From positions 1,364,001-1,428,000 of the forward strand of contig NW_026782298.1 of assembly GCF_031769215.1 (NCBI RefSeq): a stretch of 64,000 nt of DNA, read 5' to 3'. The stretch comes from Ylistrum balloti. Its lineage: Eukaryota. Positions within the stretch are counted from its first letter, which is position 1. Each line of letters begins with the position of its first letter. A model generated the notes under the pieces. It worked only from the letters and a program-made list of their open reading frames with translations, was not told where the DNA came from and ran no database searches. Below, one piece after another: positions 12,511 through 26,067 of this stretch. A program made the translations under genes and the position numbers.

Positions 12511-13605
12511 CATTAGAATCCAACCTAGGTGCTTAATTCCACTTGAGTTCTGAAAAGTGGCAAAGTTTGTAACACAGTATAAACACTGTCCCTTACCGTG
12601 ATAACGGCTAATGCATTGATTTCATTGTCCGAATTAGAAAATCCAAACCACAAAAGGACAGTTATAACAAAAATATAGCGATTTCTCATTCATAAAATCG
12701 TTTTTTATTTTCCTCACAAAAGCGCATTATTTTTATATTACATTAATACATTCACGTTTCTAAATGTTTGATGAAACATCAGGTAAGTCAACGTACGATT
12801 GTCCTAGAATATAAACAATTAGAGCGACAAAACATCGGTATAAAGTCATTGATATAATACTACAGAGATCCTAATGACATCAGTTAGACCCGATTTCATT
12901 TCATTTAACTGAACTAAAGAGATCTTATATAGAGTACGTAAGCAGCACCTCGCCTCCCAGATCGTCGGTGAATGCTATAAAAGCGGCACTGTTAAGTGTG
13001 ATAAACGCTTATCCCGGGAATGTAGGATAACAATACCACCGTTATACCGGCTTCTGTAATGCCCAGTACTGGGAGGTGTTCTCGTCTGCATGGTGCCACC
13101 CATTCTAATGCAGTCAAAATGACATGTTTGTGTAAACATCAACCACGTAGAATTGTATCAATCAGGCCATTCATGTGCCTAACTCCCAAATAAACAGTAC
13201 TCAGACTGGACACCTTATCGAATCTACATTGCTCGTACAAATCCCAGCAATTATCGTTAAGCCTGACAGTATCTTGATACCAGTGAATGGCGATTTTCCA
13301 CGATTTGCATAACCCGCGTATAAATTTAGCGCTGATCCTCTGACACTTGTGTGAGGTATACTGTTGGCCAGACCCGTATTCACAGGTGAAGTAAAATTTT
13401 CATGATTAATAATAATAGAATTGTACTCCCATCTTGTTGGTATAATCCTCCTGATACAGACAGCAAGGACACGTGACCTTGTGGCCCAGGCCACCTCATT
13501 TGTGTCGTTGAAAGCCACGGTAGTTTAGTCTAAACACGAATATCTTGGAATAGTTTAATTATCTTATGTAATGTAGCACCTAATGATATAATTATGTAGA
13601 AAACA

Positions 13606-14529
13606 ACTAACTCGTTCCCGTCAAACCATCCCTATAATGGAGGTTACTAACTCGTTCCCGTCAAACCATCCCTATAATGGAGGTTACTAACTCGTCCCCG
13701 TCAAACCATCCCTATAATGGAGGTTACTAACTCGTCCCCGTCAAACCATCCCTATAACGGAGGTTACTAACTCGTCCCCGTCAAACCATCCCTATAACGG
13801 AGGTTACTAACTCGTCCCCGTCAAACCATCCCTATAACGGAGGTTACTAACTCGTCCCCGTCAAACCATCCCTATAACGGAGGTTACTAACTCGTCCCCG
13901 TCAAACCATTCCTATAATGGAGGTTACTAACTCGTCCCCGTCAAACCATTACTATAATGGAGGTTACTAACTCGTCCCCGTCAAACCATCCCTATAATGG
14001 AGGTTACTAACTCGTCCCCGTCAAACCATCCTTATAATGGAGGTTACTAACTCGTCCCCGTCAAACTAACCTATAATGGAGGTTACTAACTCGTCCCCGT
14101 CAAACCATCCCTATAATGGAGGTTACTAACTCGTCCCCGTCAAACCATCCCTATAATGGAGGTTACTAACTCGTCCCCGTCAAACTAACCTATAATGGAG
14201 GCTACTAACTCGTCCCCTTCAAACCATCCCTATAATGGAGGTTACTAACTCGTCCCCGTCTATAATGGAGGTTACTAACTCGTCCCCGTCAAACTAACCT
14301 ATAATGGAGGTTACTAACTCGTCCCCGTCAAACCATCCCTATAATGGAGGTTACTAACTCGTCCCCGTCAAACCATCCCTATAATGGAGGTTACTAACTC
14401 GTCCCCGTCAAACCATCCCTATAATGGAGGTTACTAACTCGTCCCCGTCAAACCATCCCCATAATGGAGGTTACTAACTCGTCCCCGTCAAACCATCCCT
14501 ATAATGGAGGTTACTAACTCGTCCCCGTC
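13606..14529. repeat. 40-bp minisatellite (ACTAACTCGTCCCCGTCAAACCATCCCTATAATGGAGGTT), ~23 copies
   Basis: Read directly. Confidence 0.97.
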
Positions 14530-16367
14530 CTGGCCCCGCCATTATACGTGCTACTCTGACAAAGTCTTATAAGCAGCCATGTTTAGGTGAACTTTCGCAT
14601 TAGCCAATCAAATAACCACTAGCAGAATCTGTGAGAGTGAATAAGGTTGGACGAAAAACTGACATAATCCTATTTGTGTAATCACTGATTTCGTCAGAAC
14701 ATGTTAATAAAGGTTAAAAAGAAGTTTCAAAAATGTTCATCTTACCTTGCTGAGAATCAATTGATAAATACGTCTTTATTTGATAAAGGAGTCATATCTT
14801 TCACAAAGATCTACTCTTCATCCACATCACGTTTTAATGGATATCACACAAATTCTTCATCCTTGTAAAAAGGGCAAAGGAATAGGGTATCAGACAATGG
14901 CCTATTGAAGCCTTCTCCCAGCAACTTCTGGATGGCAATATAAAGTAATTATTAAACACGTACAGACAATACATAACAGATAGGTATACCATAGCGTCTA
15001 CATTCCCCCACTAGAATACAAACAATTTCTTTTAGTCAAATATTCTAGTGTCCGTTATATATTCTGAGATACATTACAAGAGCAATGTGTTTATTTCATG
15101 ACACCCATGAATTAATAAATTAATATTAAAACGGGTAATATTTTGGTTTATCAACTGATTTCGATGACCTTGTATTGAATGGTTGTAGAATGAACAGGCC
15201 AAGGAGTTACGTTCTGCAGATTCTTCGCCTAAATATAACGGAGAATCATTGAAAGATCAAGAGAGAGATTTAAAGAATCAAAATTACTGACTTCATTTCT
15301 AAATTGACACATAATTAAGTAAATAAAGTGGAACCTGTAAGCCAAGGTAATATTAAGCTGGTGAAAAATAGTTCAAATTTTCGTTAAAACAATATTTTAA
15401 GTGTGAGGTTACAATAACATTTATAATTTACTCTTGTTCGGCCCTTAATATCGTACACGGTTTTATAGTCAGCTTTATTGTGAGACTCAATTCTACTTTC
15501 TTTGACGCTTATGTAACAGAATAGTTAGAAAATATTCCAACATTACATTTCTGTTTTTACAATCAGCCACATCGATCCGTGTTCCTAATTCTGGTCAGTA
15601 CCCTTCAGACAAATTCAGACCAGTCTCATTACAACTGTGTACCGTTGGTCTGTAAACCTAATCTTCTTCAAGTGAGCCTTTAAATTGATTCAAACTTATC
15701 ATTGTTTACCGAGAAATGATTATATCTTGATGAAGCCGTGAGTAGTTGATTTATTAAGGTGCGTTTATCATAAACAAGATTTCTGTATCTTTGAGGTTGT
15801 AAGGGGCTCTTTAGGGTTACGTCACAACATTCACACGTGCTTTATGTATATAAATACCTGTAGTCTGATGAAATTAATTAAGACATGCTCGCTTTATATC
15901 ACAAATAGCCGTATGATTCTTTGAACAGTTTTTCATCAGCGGACTTTCCAACATTTCTCCCGTCGGTGGCCTCTTTACACAACCTATAGGTAATAAGCAA
16001 TAATACTCTCGAGATTATTAATGGAGGGATTCTAAATATTGACCTGGTGGGAATCGTCTCCAGTGGACTGTTTACCTGTCTAGGTACAAACAAATTCATA
16101 CCAATGTCTGCCATGATAAACTCATCCTGGGTGTATGTCTGTATAGTTTCTGTCTGTAAGGAGAAATTAGACGACAAAATAAAATCAAGGATGAAAAGTG
16201 TAAATTACGATATTTTTCCCAGTGGTATAAAATCATCATGTTCATCATCACAGAATTGTTTAATTGGCATCATAAAATCGGGGTTGTTTACCAGGGAACG
16301 ATTTATGTTACGTGATACAAATCGAAGGCCTCCACCTAAAGTGTCCGAAAGATACACAACATCGGCA

Positions 16368-17290
16368 ACATACTCGTCACAGACTTACAAAACATCAGTT
16401 ACACACTCGTCACAGACTTACGAAACATCAGTTACACACTCGTCACAGACTTACAAAACATCAGTTACACACTCGTCACAGACTTACAAAACATCAGTTA
16501 CACACTCGTCACAGACTTACAAAACATCAGTTACACACTCGTCACAGACTTACAAAGCATTAGTTACACACTCGTCACAGACTTACAAAACATCAGTTAC
16601 ATACTCGTCACAGACTTAAAAAACACCAGTTACACACTCGTCACAGAATTACAAAACACCAGTTACACACTCGTCACAGACTTACAAAACATTAGTTACA
16701 CACTCGTCACAGACTTACAAAACATTAGTTACACACTCGTCACAGACTTACAAAACATTAGTTACACACTCGTCACAGACTTACAAAACATTAGTTACAC
16801 ACTCGTCACATACTTACAAAACATTAGTTACACACTCGTCACAGACTTACAAAACACCAGTTACACACTCGTCACAGACTTACAAAACATTAGTTACACA
16901 CTCGTCACAGACTTACAAAACACCAGTTACACACTCGTCACATACTTACAAAACACCAGTTACACACTCGTCACAGACTTACAAAACATTAGTTACACAC
17001 TCGTCACATACTTACAAAACATCAGTTACACACTCGTCACATACTTACAAAACATAAGTTACACACTCGTCACAGACTTACAAAACACCAGTTACACACT
17101 CGTCACATACTTACAACACACCAGTTACACACTCGTCACAGACTTACAAATCACCAGTTACACACTCGTCACAGACTTACAAATCACCAGTTACACACTC
17201 GTCATAGACTTAAAAAACACCAGTTACATACTCGTCATAGACTTATAAAACATTAGTTACATACTAGTCCTAGAAATATACAAAACCAGT
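16368..17290. repeat. 33-bp minisatellite (CAGTTACACACTCGTCACAGACTTACAAAACAT), ~27 copies
   Basis: Read directly. Confidence 0.96.
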
Positions 17291-17317
17291 CATACACTTA
17301 ACCTAGAAATACTCAAC

Positions 17318-17785
17318 ATTGGCAACACACTCTCTCAAGCACTAGAAATACACTACAGCGGGAACACACTCTCTCAAGCACTAGAAATACACAACAACGG
17401 GAACACACTCTCTCAAGCACTAGAAATACACAACAACGGGAACACACTCTCTCAAGCACTAGAAATACACAACAACTGGAACACACTCTCTCAAGCACTA
17501 GAAATGCACAACAGTGGGAACACACTCTCTCAAGCACAATAAATGCACAACAGCGGGAACACACTCTCTCAAGCACTAGAAATACACAACAACGGGAACA
17601 CACTCTCTCAAGCACTAGAAATACACAACAACGGGAACACACTCTCTCAAGCACTAGAAATACACAACAACGGGAACACACTCTCTCAAGCACTAGAAAT
17701 ACACAACAACGGGAACACACTCTCTCAAGCACTAGAAATACACAACAACGGGAACACACTCTCTCAAGCATTAGAAATACACATC
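17318..17785. repeat. 39-bp minisatellite (ACACACTCTCTCAAGCACTAGAAATACACAACAACGGGA), ~12 copies
   Basis: Read directly. Confidence 0.96.
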
Positions 17786-19062
17786 ACCAGTGAGTAGAAT
17801 TTTCTGACAAAGTGGCTGTTGTTTCCCTTCGGAATACTTAAATGATGTATTTTTGATTTTTGAGTTATTTGTTTTGTACCTGTACTGAAGTACCCCTCCG
17901 AGGTCTCAGTTATCCCGTACCGAAGTCGTAATTAATCCGCACTGATCTGCACACACTACCGAGAGGTATCAACAGGAATAGACTTTCTTTGTTCTATCCA
18001 TCACCGATCATGTGATGTCAAGATTTGACAGCTTTACCTAACCCTGGTCCTTTTTAATTACAAATCTTCGAAAATTTAGAATGGTATCTCTGGGGATGAC
18101 ACTCACGGGTTTCATGTTCTGTCTCTCTCCCCCCTCCCCCCTCCAACTGTAAGATTCCCTCCCGAGATGATGTTCCCTCTGTGTGACTACAAGACCTCAA
18201 GTTGAAACCTCGTTTCCCAGAACAAATACCCTCTGTTCAATTCCTACCTCATCAAATATTGAAAGCGTAAAGTACGTGGGTTACTATTTGTTACTTTAAA
18301 TAAAGTTCAATTTTACGAAATATCTCTTAATACAGATTTATCAAGTCATTTTCACTTACTAATATTTGGGTGCAGTCTTTCATTCACCTAGCACAGGACC
18401 ATCACTTGTACAATCGCTAACTGATTGAAAACAAATACCATTGTGTGTTGAAATCGAGCCATATAAAAACGTAGGAAACCAAATAAACAGCTATCAGTTA
18501 ACACTACACAGGCTAACAATGCGACATTACTACTGATCTGTAGAAGTAATGAATTCTACATCCACCTGCCAAACCCAAAACAACGGTTTACATATATTGC
18601 GTGTAAGAAGTCGGCTGGTCCGCTATGTGACCTTACATAAAGGCTCGTTAGACGTATCACAATGTACTGATTTTTCGCAAACTCACTTTCGCGGTTACAC
18701 GCTGATGAATAGGGTGTACTTTTCAAGTAAAACATTGATTTACAAAAAACGAGAAACAGGGAGCATTTGTAAGAGAGACTGTGTGACAGGGTGTGTCTAA
18801 TCTTCCTGTGACAAAAGCACACGTTTATACAGTGTTTAGTTGCCAATGACCCGGGACTCTACCAGATGGGTTTGATAAACCCAATATATTGTGTAGGCAA
18901 CCTCGGGAGAGGAGGGTGGGAAGTATGCAAGTAAACAAAACCCACATTGTAAACAATACATATATATATCAACTTTCCAAAACAGTCTTCAGTAAAGTAG
19001 ATTGTCATAAACAGTTTTACAGATTTGACAAGATTGTAGTGACGATAGTTTCGCTTATGTAA

Positions 19063-19309
19063 CCAGGCCCCACCTGTATAAAACATCTCAACTTGAGATT
19101 TCCTCAAGTCGAGATTTTCCTCTGCTGATATCTCCTCAAAAACGGCTTGTATAAAATTTTCTCAAGGAACAGGAGGAAGTCCTCGGCTAGGATGTCCTGA
19201 AATTCCTTGAGGAATTTTCATACAAGATATTTTCAAGGAGATATTAGCTGAGGAAAATCTGGGCTTGAGGAAATCTGAAATTGAGGTATTTTATACACGT
19301 GGGGCCTGG
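19063..19309. mobile_element. Foldback MITE, copy 2 (247 bp), inverted relative to copy 1
   Basis: Same termini CCAGGCCCC...GGGGCCTGG. The central loop (ggctaggatgtcctgaaattcc) is the reverse complement of that in copy 1 (ggaatttcaggacatcctagcc). Confidence 0.9.
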
Positions 19310-19639
19310 GATATGATAGAACACAAAACACAGGTCAGCTGCTGAAATATAACCATAACTTATATGGTTTTGTCTGCTTGTAAATTTGTAGAATAACATT
19401 TTCCGATTCAAGAGTTAGTCTGGTTAGTGTTTCCTTGGTTACACGTGATAGCTTTATCTAAATATCATAAATGACTGATGGTTCTTTCCTATCCGGCAGG
19501 TAGCTGTTCTTGTGTTCATAATGCAACAAACTCATATCGTTTTAATTTCATTATTAGAAAATTGATCAAAAGACATATAAGGGAATATGGAATTCAAACA
19601 CGAACTTTAATTAGATCGTAAAGCTGTATAGTCCCTCAG

Positions 19640-22155
19640 TCACCACTCGAAGTATGTCCCTTAGTCACCATTACGACCCCTATATAGTATGTCCCCTAGT
19701 CACCATTACGGACCCTAAATAGTATGTTCCCTAGTCACCATTACGGCCCCTATATAGTATGTTGTCTAGACACCATTACGGCCCCTATATAGTATGTGTC
19801 CTAGTCACCATTACGGCCTCTATATAGTATGTTTTCTAGTCACCATTACGGCCCCTATATAGTATGTCCCCTACTCACCATTACGGCCCCTATATAGTAT
19901 GTCCCCTAGTCACCATTACGGACCCTAAATAGTATGTTCCCTAGTCACCATTACGGCCCCTATATAGTATGTATTCTAGACACCATTACGGCCCCTATAT
20001 AGTATGTTGTCTAGACACCATTACGGCCCCTATATAGTATGTCCCCTAGTCACCATTACGGACCCTATATAGTATGTCCCCTACTCACCATTACGGCCCC
20101 TAAATAGTATGTTCCCTACTCACCATTACGGCCCCTATATAGTATGTATTCTAGACACCATTACGGCCCCTATATAGTATGTCCCCTAGTCATCATTACG
20201 GCCCCTATATAGTATGTTCCCTAGTCACCATTACGGCCCCTATATAGTATGTATTCTAGACACCATTACGGACCCTAAATAGTATGTTCCCTAGTCACCA
20301 TTACGGCCCCTATATAGTATGTATTCTAGACACCATTACGGCCCCTATATAGTATGTGTCCTAGTCACCATTACGGCCCCTATATAGTATGTGTCCTAGT
20401 CACCATTACGGCCCCTATATAGTATGTGTCCTAGTCACCATTACGGCCTCTATATAGTATGTTTTCTAGTCACCATTACGGCCCCTATATAGTATGTCCC
20501 CTAGTCACCATTACGGCCCCTATATAGTATGTGTTCTAGTCACCATTACGGCCCCTATATAGTATGTCCCCTACTCACCATTACGGCCCCTATATAGTAT
20601 GTCCCCTAGTCACCATTACGGACCCTAAATAGTATGTTCCCTAGTCTCCATTACGGCCCATATATAGTACGTTTTCTAGTCACCATTACGGCCCCTATAT
20701 AGTATGTTTCCTAGACATCATTACGGCCCCTATATAGTCATCAATACAGCTCCTATATAGTACGTTGTCTAGTCTCCATTATGGCCCCTATATAGTCACC
20801 ATTACGGACCTTAAATAGTATGTCCACTAGTCACCATTACGGCCCCTATATAGTGCGTTTCCTAGTCACCATTACGGCCCCTATATAGTATGTCCCCTAC
20901 TCACCATTACGGCCCCTATATAGTATGTATTCTAGTCACCATTACGGCCCCTATATAGTGTGTTTCCTAGTCACCATTACGGCCCCTATATAGTATGTCC
21001 CCTACTCACCATTACGGCCCCTATATAGTATGTATTCTAGTCACCATTACGGCCCCTATATAGTGTGTTTCCTAGTCATCATTACGGCCCCTATATAGTC
21101 ACCATTACGGCCCCTATATAGTATGTTGTCAAGTCTCCATTACGGCCTCTATATAGTATGTCCCCTACTCACCATTACGGCCCCTATATAGTCACCATTA
21201 CGGACCCTAAATAGTATGTCCACTAGTCACCATTACGGCCCCTATATAGTATTATTCAAGTCACCATTACGGCCCCTATATAGTATGTCCCCTACTCACC
21301 ATTACGGCCCCTATATAGTATGTATTCTAGTCACCATTACGGCCCCTATATAGTGTGTTTCCTAGTCACCATTACGGCCCCTATATAGTATGTCCCCTAC
21401 TCACCATTACGGCCCCTATATAGTATGTGTCCTAGTCACCATTACGGCCCCTATATAGTATGTATTCTAGTCACCATTACGGCCCCTATATAGTGTGTTT
21501 CCTAGTCATCATTACGGCTCCTATATAGTCACCATTACGGCCTCTATATAGTATGTTGTCAAGTCTCCATTACGGCCCCTATATAGTATGTATTCTAGTC
21601 ACCATTACGGCCCCTATATAGTGTGTTTCCTAGTCACCATTACGGCCCCTATATAGTATGTCCCCTACTCACCATTACGGCCCCTATATAGTATGTATTC
21701 TAGTCACCATTACGGCCCCTATATAGTGTGTTTCCTAGTCATCATTACGGCCCCTATATAGTCACCATTACGGCCCCTATATAGTATGTTGTCAAGTCTC
21801 CATTACGGCCTCTATATAGTATGTTGTCTAGTCTCCATTACGGCCCCGGTATAGTATGTTTTCAAGTCACCATTACAGCCCCTATATAGTATGTTTCCTA
21901 GTCATCATTACGGCCCCTATATAGTCATCAATATAGCTCCTATATAGTATGTTGTCTAGTCTCCATTACGGCCCCTATATAGTATGTTGTCTAGTCACCA
22001 TTACGGCCCCGGTATAGTATGTTTTCTAGACACCATTACGGCCCCTATATAGTATGTTGTCTAGTCACCATTACGGCCCCGGTATAGTATGTTTTCAAGT
22101 CACCATTACAGCCCCTATATAGTATGTTTCCTAGTCTCTATTACGGCCCCTATAT
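19640..22155. repeat. 35-bp minisatellite (GTCACCATTACGGCCCCTATATAGTATGTCCCCTA), ~70 copies with shortened variants
   Basis: Read directly. Confidence 0.97.
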
Positions 22156-24021
22156 ATATATTTTATTCTGCTAAGGTTTGACATTAGTTGGATTTTTTGT
22201 GTGTTTTCACTGTTCTTTGCTATTAGTTTTTGCTGTGATGGCATTTTAACATAATTAGTTTTTGATTTATCATCAATACATAATAAATTTTGGGAAAACA
22301 TTTACATTGTGATTTTTTTATCTCAAACTTTTCGTTCCGTATGACCTCCAAAATACGACTACATCGGTTGTAATGAGATTGGAGCATGCGCAGTCACAGT
22401 TCACGACAGCCGAGCACGAACTTTTGTCTCATTTGGGCCGTCACGGCGACACACTGAATAAAATTCAAATATAAAATATAAAATGTGTATCGGATTTAAA
22501 TCTGTCCACGCTTTACTACTGTTTCTATAGCTTCCTCGGTCTTTTATAGCATAATCTGTGATTTAAACCGCGAATTTATGTGATTGAATCGGTAGTCTGT
22601 ATAATAAAACAGCACAGAGGCGATAACGTTACGCGTTTGTGACAGGAATAAAAGACAGCGATCTGATGTGCTTGCACGGTCAGCAGAGCGGATGGTGAAT
22701 TACACGGTCCCCTCCTTTCTTTGTCTTACTGATATGAACTATGACCCCACCAGATCGATATCAACCAAATAAAATTGTATCGAAATGTAGATCTTCATTA
22801 AATCGTGTACATTTGAAGGGTGAAATCTACAGACTGTAAGTCCTGTGTTTTATGTACTTATACATCTTAACAGTGCCAAACAACATGTATACACTCCCGG
22901 TGTACAAAACCAGTGTAAGAAATATTTACATGAAAACACGCAAATAAGGACATCATCTAATGAAAAATATGACGCTGATTTTTTTCATAAGATATTGTAT
23001 CAAAATTTATATAGAGAGGGGTTTTTAGCCTTGTTATACATCTGTACAATGAGGGTTTTCAGCCTTGTCATGCATTTGTATCTGTATTATTATTGCGCCA
23101 AACCTGAAAACCCAGTACTCACAACAGTTATGTCGCTAATGTCCTCCAATATCTGTCATCATCCTTCCTTTTCTTCAAAGGAGATATCTGCGAGAATATC
23201 AAAGCAAGACGAGATCAGAGCAGATTCATGGAGGAAGATCGTACAGCCTGTTGTTTTGTTGCACGAATTGGACACGGATCTTATTTCTCAAACAATTTTG
23301 CTTCCATATAGCATCAATGAAATGCCCAAAAAATGGAAATTGATGTGGGTGTTTTTGTTTTCACGCTGAAAGCTTGTTACTTCTTTCATGAATTCTATAA
23401 TATTTTTTTTCTTTATTTTTGAAGTTAATGTTTTAAAACTCTTAACTTGTGTGTATATTTTCTTCGATGGGAAACACACACCTGGATTAAGAGACAGAAT
23501 GCAGCTAAAGCATTGCACAGTATCAGAAATTGTATTTTCACTAACCCCATATCGCTATTGTACTGGTGAAGCAGCGTTCTACTGGACCCTGAGACGACAC
23601 TGAAAACGCAATCTGAATTGGATTACGAAGGAGAAGGCGTTATGTTTCAGAAGTCTCCTAATTACCTGTATGCAGTTAGTGTTACATGATTACTTGACTT
23701 TTATACTAAAAAAATGCGCTCTAAACTAGCAACCTGTTCACATGTTTGGATAAGTTGATATGTGAGCATTTAAATGTGATAAGATCGTGTATCTATATTA
23801 CGTCTCTTCCAAATGATATCTGATCGCTTGTGTTTTATTTACACTTGATGATATCTACGACAACGAACACGCGTCCATGGAAACCGACCTAGCAACAAGG
23901 CACGCGCTCCTTACACTGTTTTTTTAAATCAAATGATTCGGATTCGCTTGGTTGAATACGAATTGTAGTTATAAAAATCTTGTTTTAAGATAAAGTTTGA
24001 GTTAAAATGATTTTCATTTAT

Positions 24022-24243
24022 AAACATAATACTAGTTCCTGTTTATGTACATAAACTAGTTCCGGTTTATATACATAATACTAGTTCCGGTTTATGTACA
24101 TAATACTAGTTCCTGTTTATGTACATAATACTAGTTCCTTTTTATATACATAATACTAGTTCCTGTTTACATACATAATACTAGTTCCTGTTTATGAACA
24201 TAATACTAGTTCCTGTCTACATACATAATACTAGTTCCTGTTT
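24022..24243. repeat. 25-bp minisatellite (TACATAATACTAGTTCCTGTTTATG), ~9 copies
   Basis: Read directly. Confidence 0.93.
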
Positions 24244-25492
24244 GTCAGTTCCGATATCAATACAATAAAGCTCGTTACCTTTTCTTTCTGATACATGAAA
24301 TGTATATTTATCTTCAATGTTGGATCAAAATATGTTTTCCCCTAAATATTTAAAATCCTCTGTTCACTTCATAGGATTTGATAAGATGTTGTTTTAGATT
24401 TTAGCGGCGGACGGCTGTGAAATCAGATAATTAAAAAATACGGCATGTCCTAAGAAGGATTTTAAGCGTAATCGATATTTTTTAAACTGTGATTGTAATG
24501 CAAATGGGTTTTTTTAATGTCAGATATTTATCAGGATAAAATGTGTTTTTAATCGTTAATTACCACGTAAAGGGATACATGTATCGCGGTATGACGTCAC
24601 TGCTCTCGCCTTGATAACAAGTGACAAACCATCTATTTTATTGATGTGATCGTTCACAATCTCAGATAGTCAGCAACGAGACCAGTATATCAATTCAGAC
24701 AACCTGTAAAGGCAACAAGCTTAAGAGAAATTTGAAGTTCGATTTTCATTTAATTATCAAGTTGTAAAATTGAAGGATATAATTCAAAGAACGTTTCCTG
24801 GGTTTACATATATCCGCGTGTTTCTTGTCAAACGTTTATCGTCTTTTACGAAAGGTTAACAAGAAGGACAATATGACCCCAATAGGCTTTCGTAGTCTTA
24901 AGTATTAATCTTTATGGGAGATTTTTTTTATATATCTAAACAAAGTGTAATCCAACCAAATTACACAGGAGTTTACTGTTGGGATACACATGACAACACC
25001 CCCTATATCAATATTGTCATTACATCATGTTCTCGCGAGATCTGACGGGTACGTTGATCTGCTGGTTTTTTCTTCATATTTGATGTTATTGGTATCAAAG
25101 AAAATCCGGCGTTTTATATAAGGTATGATCCTATCCACCTGCCAATCAGCATTGTTATATACCACGCCCCATAACACTGCACAAACTATCAGAAACCAGC
25201 AGGAGACTGACACCCTTTCAGTTACCGCTTACGACAATGCAAACAGCCGCTTACATCATTACGGACAGACAATCAATTACCGGTGACAGATTTACATCGC
25301 TGACCATTTCGCTCTAGGCAGACAGTAATGCCAGTCGTCAAGGTAACAATACAACGCTAAAGGGCGTTAATTAAAGTCTTTGTTTACTCTCCAACAGGCG
25401 CAAATAAACGAAATTGGCTGTAAATTAATACAAGTCCGATAACTCTACAATCAATCAGCTGCTATAAAGCTTGATTTGCTAATTCATCGACA

Positions 25493-25741
25493 TCAATAAG
25501 TGTCGGTTCTTCCTGTCTGTGATAGAATTTCATGTGTATAACCGAGGACATGGTCAAATACGACAGTCGGGTAGTGTTTACGATTCCTGAGTTTTAATCT
25601 GGAACCAATATTCAATAAGTGTCGGTTCTTCCGGTCTGTGATAGAATTTCACGTGTATAACCGAGGACATGGTCAGATACGACCGTCGGGTAGTGTTTAC
25701 GATTCCTGAGTTTTATTTTGGAACCAATATTCAATAAGTGT
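25493..25741. repeat. 119-bp tandem duplication (2.1 copies)
   Basis: tcaataagtg recurs at 25493, 25612 and 25731, with near-identical sequence between. Confidence 0.92.
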
Positions 25742-26067
25742 TGGATTTGTCATTCATTATTCATACTCTATAAACAAACATGGAGGCTGACACCGCCAAT
25801 AACTAACACTGTCCCCGAGCTCTCTATCCGTCCTCCACTTGCCATAGAAGCAAATCCATTAGCGATGCCAGAGTAACGTGCACGGTCTGAATATTTCATC
25901 AGTTTTTCAACAAAGCGTCAAAATCAAACCCATGATTTTTGCAAAAGAAGCACCGGTGTGCCACATCGATGTCAAAATCTATAAACAGATTTATTTTTCT
26001 GACCATTTTTATTTTGCGTTGCAAATGTATCATCTCTTTGGTATTTCTTCATAATTCAAAACGTAGA

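Noticed and set aside
12930-13518. 105-aa minus ORF and downstream GWHHADENTSQYW segment
   Set aside because: No ATG or clear splice sites, multiple stops and no recognisable family.
15190-15291. Possible + terminal exon NEQAKELRSADSSPKYNGESLKDQERDLKNQNY* with AATAAA ~30 nt downstream
   Set aside because: Weak acceptor, only 33 codons, and no partner exon identified.
16312-17797. Repetitive ORFs in the 33- and 39-bp arrays
   Set aside because: Unit lengths are divisible by 3; there is no splice or start context.
2175-22155. Similarity between the 26-mer (CATTACAGGGTTATATAG) and the 35-mer (CATTACGGCCCCTATATAG)
   Set aside because: The shared blocks are short and AT-rich; common origin cannot be supported without an alignment statistic.
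22845-23603. 174-aa + ORF and neighbours
   Set aside because: Non-ATG start, includes a small tandem duplication, and shows no domain signature.
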